Below the pieces are notes generated by a model. It had not been told where the DNA came from and did not search any database. It was given only the letters and a program-made list of their open reading frames with translations. The position numbers and the translations under genes are program-made. Below are positions 27,815-38,613 of a stretch of DNA of 64,000 nucleotides, piece after piece (position 1 is the first letter of the stretch; each line of letters begins with the position of its first letter). The DNA comes from Macrostomum lignano. Lineage: Eukaryota. The stretch is taken from contig NIVC01000137.1 of the NCBI GenBank assembly GCA_002269645.1, positions 625,177 to 689,176 on the forward strand, given 5' to 3'.

Positions 27815-30613
27815 TAGCCATCGTCAGTGAAGTCGTGTTTGAGCTACTTCTCTCAAAACCTTGTAGAAGTCAGTTAGAAGCCAAGAAAACAAGGCAAGGC
27901 GCTCAAAGTCTCCGCGACGGAGAACAATGACGATGGTTTTTCATTGTCTTGCTTGCAGAATTGTTTCACGGTTTAGCGCAGAGAAAAATGGGAAAAAGTT
28001 TTTTTGTCACGAAGGTGGAATTTTGCATGAGCGAAATGATTTATTCATCATAAAAGGTTTTAATTGTGGTAGCTCTCTTCCGTGAATAGCAATACTTAAG
28101 ATCTAATATGCTTGTGCATTTTTTACTTCTCAACTTTGGGCAGAAAAAAGTGTACTGTGTACTAATTGGCTATTGGCTAAGCACGGTGATGCTTAGCCGA
28201 CTGCAGAGACCGACTGCTAAGTGCGTGGGCTGCAAAAATGTAGCACAGAGTAGAGAGGGAATCGGGCTAAGTCAAGTCACATTACAAAACTCTGTCGTCT
28301 CACAGTCCCTTACTGTACAGTTGGCCCTGTGTGCTTATATTGAAATCACGTGCCCGGGGATCCCCTTGCCTTCTTAAAGCCAAGCATTGATGTCAGTTGC
28401 TAAAAAAAGATACCGTGTCACGCGAGATCTTTCCTGCTCTGGTGCAATGGAGTTCACTAGGCTATAAGTGCCATTCCTCTAAGTTCCTAGCGAGTGCATG
28501 AATTTTCAAATCTAAAAATGTCTGGATCAAGTGATCATCTTCAACCCAGACTCCCAGAGGATAACACTGCCCTCCCAAACCACCCACTGAGTCCAGCAGG
28601 ATCTGCTGACTATTAGTCTGAAATCGCAAATCCGCCTGAAGTAAGGCTTCCGATCGAAGAGATGAAGCACAAATTAGGTGCAAATACGTTCGTACTTCAC
28701 GGACGAAGACTAAACCCCCAAAAACCCTAAATAGTTCAGTATTAAGATTATGAGGATGAAGTACACGGCTAGATTTTGCTCACAAAATAAAGAGCTCATT
28801 CACGATTCGAGTAGTGCTCTTTTTATGAAGGAACCTCCTCATTTTATGGAGGTTCACTGAAGAGTTTAAGAGTGGTGATCAGTCCCTCGAAAACTCCCAC
28901 TTCTAGACACTGGAGAACAATTGTGCCTGGGTATATCAAATAACTCTTACTGCAGCGGATCCTTGAGTAGCTTTTAGACCCCTTGGTTTGACTTAGGTGA
29001 CTCGTTACTTCCGGGAATCCTTGACTTTTATCTGTGGGTCCGACCAAAACAAGAGCGAATCAGAAGTCTGGACGGTCCTCGAGCTCGGAATTAACGATAG
29101 AACGTGCGCCCTAATAAACAAGTGAATTTTCTGAGTTCTGCTATAGGTCCTCCTGAAGGGCGTCTTCGTTATGTCCGAAACGTAACGGAAAACTCAAATT
29201 AATCAGCAAATAATCTAGGATATATATCCTAGGAAACAAGGAGGCCTTTCTCAGATTCATCGACCATAAACCGCTCTCGTTAATCAACTTATTAATGCTA
29301 GCAACAAAGAACTAAATCCTGTAAACGCTAACCAATTGGACAAGTATCGTCTCTCAGAGATTGGTCTCCTTTCTTCTTCCCCAGAGTCTTCTTTGAGACC
29401 GCTCTAAGTCAGAATTTTTTACTCGGATTTTCACTTATATTTATAGCAAAATTTTGGGGATAGCCGGTTTGGATCGGATATTTACTGGTCATACATGTTT
29501 GATTAAGCGGTCATGCATGTTTGAGCATTACCTTATATGGAATTGAGCAAATACAGCTGCTAGAATTCTGTTCCTCGATCAAACAAACATTGGTCCTACG
29601 TGGTATTCTGAGTAACTATTTGCGCGCGACTCTAGGTTGCAGATTAAAATATACTTTCCTAGAGTATTACTTTAAGTAGCTCATTACGGCATGGTTTTAA
29701 TAATTCTCTACATTAAGTTAAAGATAATTTCTACCTCTCTCTACCCGAAGCCTACAGAAAATACCGCTTAATTTCTACTGGTTAGTAGACACAAACTGGT
29801 TATTGTGTCTACTTCATGGTTGTAAAGAACTCTATTAGACTCAAAGATCTGTGATAACTGTTGGACGACTAACAGTTCCTAACACAGCTCTGTAACAAAA
29901 CGCTTCGCAAACTGTGCTACGCAGCCAAAAAGACGTTTCTAGTCAATAGTTACTCCATCCAGTACTAAATCCGGCTCTTTAGCAGTCATAATCCAAATCT
30001 GCTTATTCTGTTAACAAAATTCTCTCATTCTTGTGCTGTTTGTCAGGTCAAAATTTGACAGATCGAGTTTGTCACTTTAGTTACTAAGCAGCCAACTAAC
30101 TAATACTCGAAAATTTCGTGGGCAACACTCAGCCGGCTGTTCAACTCTTTTCTTCGCTTTTTTTCATTCTCAATGCATTTTTACGATCGGCTTATCCCGG
30201 AAAGATTCCAAGTCTATAGAGAGGTTTTCCAATAAATTAGAAAGTGCATTCTTCCGTGATCCCAGCGACTTACTTGTCGCTGAAGTTGTCTTCAGAAATG
30301 CTTGAATAGACAGGGGCCCAGCAGATGGAAAATTTTCCCTGGGAGACTTCAAGTCCCTGTTATCTGGTAGCCCAAAGCGAGATACTATATTCACTCTTAC
30401 TAGAATAACAGCACAAAACTCATGCAAAAATATAGCTCCTAGAAAAACCTGCTCGGGTCTTGATGCAAGAGTCGCATGACATTCTTGGTGTTTCGACCAA
30501 TGAGAGAGCAAGTAGTAAGTCATTTCTAAATTCAGACTTGAAAATTTGCGTCAGAAATGTGAAATGCAGGATGCAAATAAGAAAGAGCGTAGTATCTTCC
30601 ACCAGGTCTTGGC
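27815..30613 (+). repeat. Segmental duplication unit A (lectin upstream region) with no lectin CDS following
   Basis: Colinear homology with 32085-33963 and 37075-38229 (e.g. CTTCTCTCAAAACCTTGTAGAAGTC; GCATTTTTACGATCGGCTTATCCCGG); homology stops at ACCAGGTCTTGGC. Confidence 0.8.
29153..29184 (+). ncRNA. Possible degenerate Penelope-type minimal hammerhead ribozyme
   Basis: CTGAAGG-stem/loop-GAAACGTA with palindromic ACGT; core deviates from CUGANGA; lies in an insertion private to unit A. Confidence 0.25.
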
Positions 30614-30885
30614 CCCCAGTTACACCCAAGTGGCCTAGCTGCATGAGCTGGCGGCCATGCCCATGATGGCCAATAGGATCCGCGCCCTGGGCGTAGGCTG
30701 GCTCCCTAGAGCTGCCCGCAATCGCCCTCCAGTGCTGAACCTCCTGTGGGACAGCCTGAAAAGGCGACAAGTCAATGGACAACCAACAACCCACAACCCG
30801 CCCTAGACTAGCTAAGTTAACGACCCCAAAATTTTGGTGTTAGCACAACCAGCGACTTATTCCCTCCTCTCTCTCTCTCTATCAT
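30614..30885 (+). mobile_element. Probable 3' fragment of a non-LTR retroelement at the breakpoint of unit A
   Basis: GC-rich frame ..MANRIRALGVGWLPRAAR.. resembling a LINE ORF2 C-terminus, followed by a (CT)n tail; begins where homology to unit B stops. Confidence 0.3.
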
Positions 30886-31239
30886 TATAAAAGTTCTTTC
30901 TTCCTCTGCTTTTTCGACTCCCTCTCCCCTTGTTCTTCCTATCAGCCGTCTGTTATTAGCGCACTATTCAAACAAATTGCTAGACTAAACAAAACTATAC
31001 GAGCGTACTAACGAATACACTAATAGCGGCGAGGGCTGGATACGGCAGGGGTGCCCAGGACCCAGCAGTTTTTCATGCAGTACAGGCAGTATTTAAGAAT
31101 GCAGTGCAGTGTGTTTTTCACTTGTGATTGGCTTCTGTCTTGATGATTCGCTGTTTTTATATATCTTCTGTTACAATCCAATTTTTATACACTTGCTTTT
31201 TTACATCTGCTTTTTATCTCTATTTTTGCTTCCGAGATT

Positions 31240-34000
31240 TCGTTTATGCAACACAAATGCTGCTTTTATTTATGCTTTTACCTCACCAATGTTTTTATTT
31301 CTATACCTAATTAGGCTGTCTGTGGAATGTAAATGCCCCTATTTCAACTGTCTGTAAGTAGTCTAGTGTAATCGATTCAGGAAATCGTTTCCCAAAACAT
31401 AAAAAGAGCTTTCTAAAATTACCACTACAAGACTTCTCTAACTGGCCTAACTACCTGATTAGCAGACACTGATATCCTGGCATTTCTTGGTTTGTCAAAA
31501 TTACACATTCGGCGTATTCACAAAGTTTTGCTTCGGACTTCAGAACAAAAAATATTTTACAATGTCGTATAGCGGTTTATTTAAATAGTTCGCGTTCAGA
31601 CGGCTAATTATACTCGTATATTTATTTTTACTTCACGATTCGAAACCTTGACAATCTATATAATTAAACTTGGCATTAACTAAGGAATAACAAAGACTAT
31701 TACTAATAGAAATACATGCACCAATCAGGAGGCGGTGCAAAACGACGGGAAAAACAGGAGAGAGAAGAGAAGTACACAATTAAATTCTACCCGCGGTTTA
31801 AATACCATACAAATTTTTGGAACCATACAGTAAAACAAAGGTAATCATCAAGGTAATAATCAAAATTTAATACAAATAAAAAATAGATAATAACAAATAC
31901 ACTATATATAAATATAATTAAATCTACATCGTTACAGTCGAAAGTAAAAAGCGAAAAATTTACTGCCATATTCTTGGAGCAACCACCCAATCATTCGTTT
32001 AGCTCACAAAAGTTTTAGTATCGTCTGCTGCATTCTCATTCCTTATAATTCGACATTATAAATCGAAACGTTAAATTCTTGCTTCTGCTACTTCTCTCAA
32101 AACCTTGTAGAAGTCAGCTAGAAGCCAAAAAAACAAGGCGCAGAGAACCATAGGCGTAGGAGGGGGGGCAGTGGGGCCATAAAGTGGGGGGGGCAGTAAT
32201 GGTATCTGGCCCCTCCACATTTTAAATGCAAAATGTAGTCTTTTCACTTAGTTTTTACTCTTTTTTTGGGTTTTGGCTACTTCGCATGAACTTTAAAAAT
32301 GTCATTGACATCATAAGCGACATGTCTTCCAAAAAACCCTCCCCAGGGATTAGGGAATTTTTTGGGGTAATTGGATTCCCTAGTCCTTTGCTAAAAGATG
32401 GCCCCTGCCCCCCCCCCCACTTTTTGAAACGTTCCTACGCCTATGAAACAATGGAGAATAAATGGAGAACAATGACGAAGGATTTTCATTGTCTTGCTTG
32501 CAGCATTGTCTCACCGTCACGGTTTAGCGAGCAGCGCAGAAAAAAAAAATTTTTTTTTCAAAAGTGGATTTTTGCGTGAGTGAAATGACTTTTTCGTCAT
32601 GAAAAGTTTCTATGTGGTAGCGATCTCTCTAGCCCGTACTATGAACAGCAGTACCACAGTCTAATATGATTGTGCATCTTATCCTTCTAAGCTTTGGCCA
32701 TAAGAAAGTCTTCTAATTGGCTCAGCACTATGCTGACAAAGGGCCGACTGCTTGCGCACGTGGTCCGCAAAAATTCAGTAAAGAGTAGGGAAGCAAGCGG
32801 AAAGCAAAAGAGGAGGATAAAACCTTGATCGTGCGCCAAACAGTAAGTTGAAAAAGATGAAGTACACAACAACATTTTGCTCAAAAGAAGAGTTTGCACA
32901 CGATTTTCGAGTGATGCACTTTTTATGGAGGTGCAGATTAAATGCGGCGACGACGTAAAAAATGCACTGGACAAGCAGCATTGCCAAAAGTCCATTTCAG
33001 TCCATCTCAGCCAGAAGCCAACAGAAAATACTATACTTACCTTCTACTCGTTTGTAGGCAAACTCACATGGCATGGTTGCCATGAACTCTTCTTCTAAAC
33101 TTTGAGATCCATGATAACTCTTGACTAACTGAGTTCCAAACACTTCAGCTCAATAGAAAAACGCTTCCAAAACTTTGTTACACAGTCAAAAAGTCATTTC
33201 GAGTCAATACAGTTACTCCAGCACTAAACACGGCTCTGTAGCGGAGTTACAAGCCAAAGCTGCTAATTCTGTTTAAAAAATTCTCTCATGCTATTTGTCA
33301 GATCGAAAAGCTGGCAGATCAAGTTCGTATCTCAGTTACTAAGCAGCCAACTAACTAATGCTCGAAAACTTATTTGGGACGACTGCGGATTGCTGAGCCA
33401 GCAGTTCAACTTTTTTCCTCGCTTTTTTTCATACGCAATGCATTTTTACGATCGGCTTATCCCGGAAAGATTCCAAGTCTATAGAGAGGTTTTCCAATAA
33501 ATTAGAAAGCGCATTCTTCCGTGATCCCAACAACTTACTTGTCGCTAAAATCGTCTTCAGAAATGTTTGAATAGTCAGGAGCCCAACAGACGGAAAATTT
33601 CCCCTGGGAGAGTTCAAGTCCCTGTCAGCTGGTTACTCCCAGCAGCCCAAAGCAGGATGCTATATTTTCTACAAAAGTGACTCAGTTTCAAATTTTGATG
33701 GGATTTTTCTCTAACCTTGGTTGGTGCCCATGCTGAATTTAACTGCATGAATGAAGTCTTCATGCCTATAGCTGGAGTTAAAGCTCATAACTCATGCAAA
33801 AATAGCGATAGACAAACCATGCAGGAGTGTATACCATTCTCAGTGTTTTCGACCAATGAGGGAGAAAGCCGTAAGTCATTACTAAATTCAGACTTTAAAT
33901 TTTCGTCAAAAATGTGAAATGCAGGATGCAAATAAGAAAGAGCGCATCTGACCAGGTCTTGGCAAAACCTGAAAATTTTACAACCATATTGACTGTATTA
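31240..34000 (+). repeat. Segmental duplication unit B (upstream region of lectin copy 4)
   Basis: Homologous to 36620-38229 and 27815-30613. Confidence 0.8.
32149..32445. mobile_element. MITE (297 bp) with 13-bp terminal inverted repeats
   Basis: CATAGGCGTAGGA ... TCCTACGCCTATG; absent from homologous units A and C; TSD not clear. Confidence 0.75.
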
Positions 34001-34023
34001 CACTTTTGAAAATTTTAGCAGAT

Positions 34024-34773
34024 ATGAATTACGGCTCGTATAAGTTTGTTTTTCTGAACACATTTACCAACCAGCTGCTGTCAGCCCTGGCCCAGCTGTG
34101 CCCCTCGCCGTTCAGCCTTGAGGCCGGGAAGTGCATATTCGTGAACAAGGTGAACAGCATCAATTGGTGCGAGGCCAACCGGCAGTGCGCCATGATCGGA
34201 GGCGAGCTGCTCAACTCGTACAGCTCTCTGCAGCTGCTCAGCAGCATGCCGAGTTTCGCCAGCTGTAGCTGCCGAATTTGGTTTGGAGTGACCGACTTGG
34301 CTGACGAGAGGTCTTCGAGCAAATCGGGCTGGCAGTTGGTCAACGGCAACGGCGAAATGCCGCTAAACAACTCACTGTGGGGTGTTTCACATGAGCCAAA
34401 CGGAGGCACGGAGGAAAACTGCCTAATACATTGGTCGTATGGAAAAATCGGAAATCACTTTTGCTCTCGTTCACTTGGATACGCTTGCGAGTGGACTCCG
34501 AGTGCCGCTCAGCCATTGCCAAAGTCTGCCTCGTGGAAGCGAACTCCGTTCAAGCGGACCAGCTACCATGCCAGCTCTGAGTACTGCTACTCTGACCTGC
34601 TGCAGGTTGATAACGCAATGAACTGTGCAGCGGCTGCCATGAGATCGGGCAGCTGCAGACACGTGCTGTACAACAGCAAGCTGAGAGCCTGCCGCCTGCT
34701 GCTGTTCACCGACGCTCAGGTGGAGGAGGAGATCGAGACGAGCGTCGACTGGGTCAAGTTCAGCGTGTACTGA
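34024..34773 (+). CDS. Secreted CTLD + PAN-like protein, copy 4 (249 aa from ATG 34024)
   Basis: Paralog; EPN motif; first ATG at 34024. Confidence 0.9.
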   Translation: MNYGSYKFVFLNTFTNQLLSALAQLCPSPFSLEAGKCIFVNKVNSINWCEANRQCAMIGGELLNSYSSLQLLSSMPSFASCSCRIWFGVTDLADERSSSKSGWQLVNGNGEMPLNNSLWGVSHEPNGGTEENCLIHWSYGKIGNHFCSRSLGYACEWTPSAAQPLPKSASWKRTPFKRTSYHASSEYCYSDLLQVDNAMNCAAAAMRSGSCRHVLYNSKLRACRLLLFTDAQVEEEIETSVDWVKFSVY

Positions 34774-34804
34774 GCTTTTCGAGACGCCACTGTTTTATCG
34801 GAAA

Positions 34805-34910
34805 GGAAATTTCGGCAAAGATCAATGCGCAGATGAGAAAGGAATTGCTTGCTAGTGAAATGCTACGCCCCCTGAGTTACAATCTGATTTTGCTTCTTCT
34901 AAGCGGACTC
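34805..34910 (+). pseudogene. About 105-bp relic of the copy-3-type variable segment of the lectin gene
   Basis: GGAAATTTCGGCAAAGATCAATGCGCAG...CCCCTGAGTTACAATCTGATTTTGC aligns to 26817-26921 (GKFGNSQC..CEWIATSPESQSDFA); contains an in-frame stop. Confidence 0.75.
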
Positions 34911-35640
34911 AGCGTTTTTGAGACGGAGTTTTTTATGCAAAGTGAATTGTGAACAGATTCTGTGGTAAAATTTTAAACTATCTATTCGAGCAAAAAAACG
35001 TTACTTTTTTCTGTATCTTCTGACGTATTCAGCAGCCTTAAAGGTGTGCGCTTTAAAAGGCTTATATCATTTTTCCTAATTATCGTTATAAAGCGTCTCT
35101 CCAATTGGTATATTGTCTCGAAATTTCAATATTTATATATTTTTTCGAACTTATGAACTCTGTATTTTTCTATGTTTATGCACCGATTCGAGATATACGC
35201 TCGTACGCAATTGACAATTTTAATCAATGCAAGAGCTATTCACAATTAATTTCTATCTGTCGCTTTTCTAGCTTGAAATCTTCTTACTTCGTTGCGTAGT
35301 AACGAGCTATAGTTTCCTGAGCGATTTTTCCTTTATAGGATAGGAGTGCGAGTAAACTTTCGGACGGTCATCCCTTGCTAGCTTATTACGGGTTCTTTTA
35401 ATATTACTATTACTACTACTAATACTTTTATTATTACTATTGCTACTATTACTATTTCTGTTATGACGTGTGCACTTGGAATATCATAGAATAGAATAGA
35501 GTAATTTGTTCGAGAAAGTTGTCCTCTTATTTTGCTTTGTTTACTTTACGAGCTTTACCACTAGCGCTTATGGTTATATCTCCTCTGGAATTGAGTAGGT
35601 GATTTAGCGGTTATGAAGTTTCGCCTTTGTAAAAGCAACC

Positions 35641-36193
35641 CGTGACCGGTAGAGTGACCGGTAGGGTGACCAGTAGGATGACCGGTAGGGTCACCGGTAG
35701 GGTGACCAGTAGGATGACCGGTAGGGTCACCGGTAGGGTTGACCGGTAGGGTCACCGGTAGGGTCACCGGTAGGGTCACCGGTAGGGTCACCGGTAGGGT
35801 CACCGGTAGGGTCACCGGTAGGGTCACCGGTAGGGTCACCGGTAGGGTCACCGGTAGGGTCACCGGTAGGGTCACCGGTAGGGTCACCAGTAGGGTCACC
35901 AGTAGGGTCACCGGTAGGGTCACCGGTAGGGTCACCGGTAGGGTCACCGGTAGGGTCACCGGTAGGGTCACCGGTAGGGTCACCGGTAGGGTCACCGGTA
36001 GGGTCACCGGTCGGGTCACCGGTAGGGTCACCGGTAGGGTCACCGGTAGGGTCACCGGTCGGGTCACCGGTCGGGTCACCGGTAGGGTCACCGGTAGGGT
36101 CACCGGTCGGGTCACCGGTCGGGTCACCGGTAGGGTCACCGGTAGGGTCACCGGTCGGGTCACCGGTAGGGTCACCGGTAGGGTCACCGGTAG
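35641..36193. repeat. 12-bp minisatellite (GGTAGGGTCACC)
   Basis: About 45 tandem units, degenerate at the left end. Confidence 0.97.
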
Positions 36194-36290
36194 GTGTTCG
36201 ACATTTTCAACTCGAGGTGAGCCGGTATATTAAACCTAAATAGCATAAAGACGCGCAATCATGGCTTTTAAATTTGCATCCGTTTTTTGC

Positions 36291-36612
36291 AGGACTCCGT
36301 CGGCGTCAGACTGGAAAGGTCCCATTTGGAAGTCGCAAGCAAACCTTTCGACCAAATTCGCGTTTCTCGATGAGGCGCGCGACTAGATTCGCCTTGAGGA
36401 AGATTCCTTGGGGAGATTCGTCACAGAGGTGGTTTTAATGAAAATCCGAACGTTCAGCAGTTCAGGTACGCTTATCGGTCGATGTTGGCGCACAGGACTG
36501 GATCTCACCTCCGCCTGGACTCTCCACCTCTGCTTCTGGCAGTGTACAAGATGAAATCGAGTATCCACCGCAACTGGCACTCAGCCTTATTAGCCAGAAA
36601 GGACATCAGTTG
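36291..36612 (+). pseudogene. P-element/THAP9-like transposase relic
   Basis: WKGPIWKSQANLSTKFAFLDEARD* then (frameshift) LE..FLGEIRHRGGFNENPNVQQFRYAYRSML, matching the P-type transposase C-terminal motif LE.FFG.IR..GG.N.NP...QF..AY. Confidence 0.65.
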
Positions 36613-36619
36613 AAATTCT

Positions 36620-38229
36620 AAGCTGCATCTGCTTTTTAATTTTATTTTTTGTATACATTCCCCTCTGGTAAACTTAACTTAGGCTTTCTGTGTAATGTAA
36701 ATTCCCCTCTTTTAGACTGTCTGTAAGTGATCTAGTGCAAACGCTTTGTTTCCCAAAACATAAAAAGAGCTTTTTAAAATAAACATAGCAAGCCTTCTCT
36801 AACAGGCCTAACTACCTGATTAGCTGACACTGCTATTAAATTGGTCTGGAATGTTTTGGCATTGTCGCAATTAAAAATTCGGCGAATTCACAAAGTCTTG
36901 TCTCGAACTTCATTTAGCAAAAATATTTTACAATGACGAACGTAAACAGCGAAAATTTACTGCCTTATTCTTGCAGCAACCACCAAATCATTCGTTTAGC
37001 TCCCCTAAGTTTTAGTATCGTCAGCTGCATTCTCATTCCTTCTACAGACTAAAAGCCAATATGATTTTCGCTTTTAGCCATCGACGTTGAATTCGTGTCT
37101 TAGCTGCTTCTCTCAAAGCCTTGTAGAAGTCGGCTAGAAGCCGAGAAACAATGTTCAAAGTCTCCGCGACGGAGAACAATGACGAGGGAATTTCCTTGTC
37201 TTGCTTGCAGCATTGTTTCACGGTTTAGCGCAGAAAAAAAGAAAAATTTCTTTGTCACGAATGTGGATTTTTGCGTGGGCGAAATGACTTCTTCGTCATG
37301 GAAAGTTTCTATTGTGGGAGCTCTCTACTGTGAACAGCAGTTACAGTCTAATATGCTCGTGCATTTTTTCCTTCTCAGCTTTGGGCATAAGAAAGTGTAC
37401 AAATTGGCTCAACATGGTGATGACAGAGGGCTAGGTGCGTGGGCCCTAAAAATTCAGTAAAGAGTAGGGAAGGAAGCGGGCTCGGTTGAGAGGAATCAAG
37501 AAGGAAGAGGAAATCAAAAGAGGGGGATAAATCTTTGGTCATGCGCCAAGCAGCAGTAAGATGACAAAGATGAAGTACAGGACTAGATTTTGCTCACAAA
37601 ATAAAGAGTTCGCTCGCGATCCGATCTATTCGATTAATTACAGCGACGCCGTAACAAATACACTGGAGAAGCGGCATTGCCTGCAGGTGAAAATATGACG
37701 TCCCTGTGGTTGTCACGCACTCTACTGGACTCTGAGATCCATGAATGGCTGTTTCTAGTCAATAGTTACTCCATCCAGTACTAAGCTCGTACATACGGCT
37801 CTATAGGAGAGTTATAAGTCTAATCTGCTTATTCTGTTAACAAAATTCTATCATGCTTGTGTTATTTGTCTGGTCGAACAACAGTTCACGGATCAAGTTT
37901 CTCTCTGTTACTAATTATAAGCAGCCAACTAGCGAATGTTCGAATGTCGCTATTGCTCGGGCAATTGCTGCTTGCTGAGCCAGCATTCAACTCTTTTCTT
38001 CGCTTTTTTTAAATTCGCAATGCATTTTTACGATCGGCTTATGCCGGGAATATTCCAACTCTATAGAGAAGTTTTCCAAAAGGCGCATTCTACCGTGATA
38101 CCAGCGACTTACTTGTCGCTGAAGTCGTCTTCAGCAATGCTTGAATAGTCAGGAGCTCAGCAGATGGAAAATTTTCTCTGGGAGAGTTCAAGTCCCTGAC
38201 AGCTGGTTGGTCCTAGCAGCCCAAAGCCC
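36620..38229 (+). repeat. Segmental duplication unit C (upstream region), fused directly to truncated lectin copy 5
   Basis: Homologous to 31240-33650; junction at AGCAGCCCAAAGCCC|GGTGCTTC. Confidence 0.8.
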
Positions 38230-38613
38230 GGTGCTTCAACTGAGCTAAATGGAGGCACCGGTGAAAACTGCATAATACATTTGTCGCATGGAAAAATCGG
38301 AAACTACTTCTGTCCTCGCTCACTCGGATTTGCTTGCGAGTCGAAGCCGAGGACTTCTCAGACGCATCTGAATTTTGAACTGACTCCGTTCAAGCGGACC
38401 AGCTACCATGCCAGCACTGAGTACTGCTACTCTGACCTGACCAATGTTCACTCCGAGCTGGCTTGTGTCATGTCAGCTTTCAATTCCGGCAACTGCAGAC
38501 ACGTGCTGTACAACAGCAAGCTGAGAGCCTGCCGCCTGCTGCTGTTCACCGACGCTCAGGTGGAGGCGGAGATCGAGACGAGCGCCGACTGGGTCAAGTT
38601 CAGCGTGTATTGA
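38230..38613 (+). pseudogene. 5'-truncated lectin copy 5 (3' half of copy 2), no start codon or signal peptide
   Basis: 384 nt colinear with 21396-21779 with about 8 substitutions, including EPN->ELN and W->S. Confidence 0.85.

Noticed and set aside
35561-36233. VTGR / VTLP repeat ORFs
   Set aside because: 12-bp minisatellite artefacts
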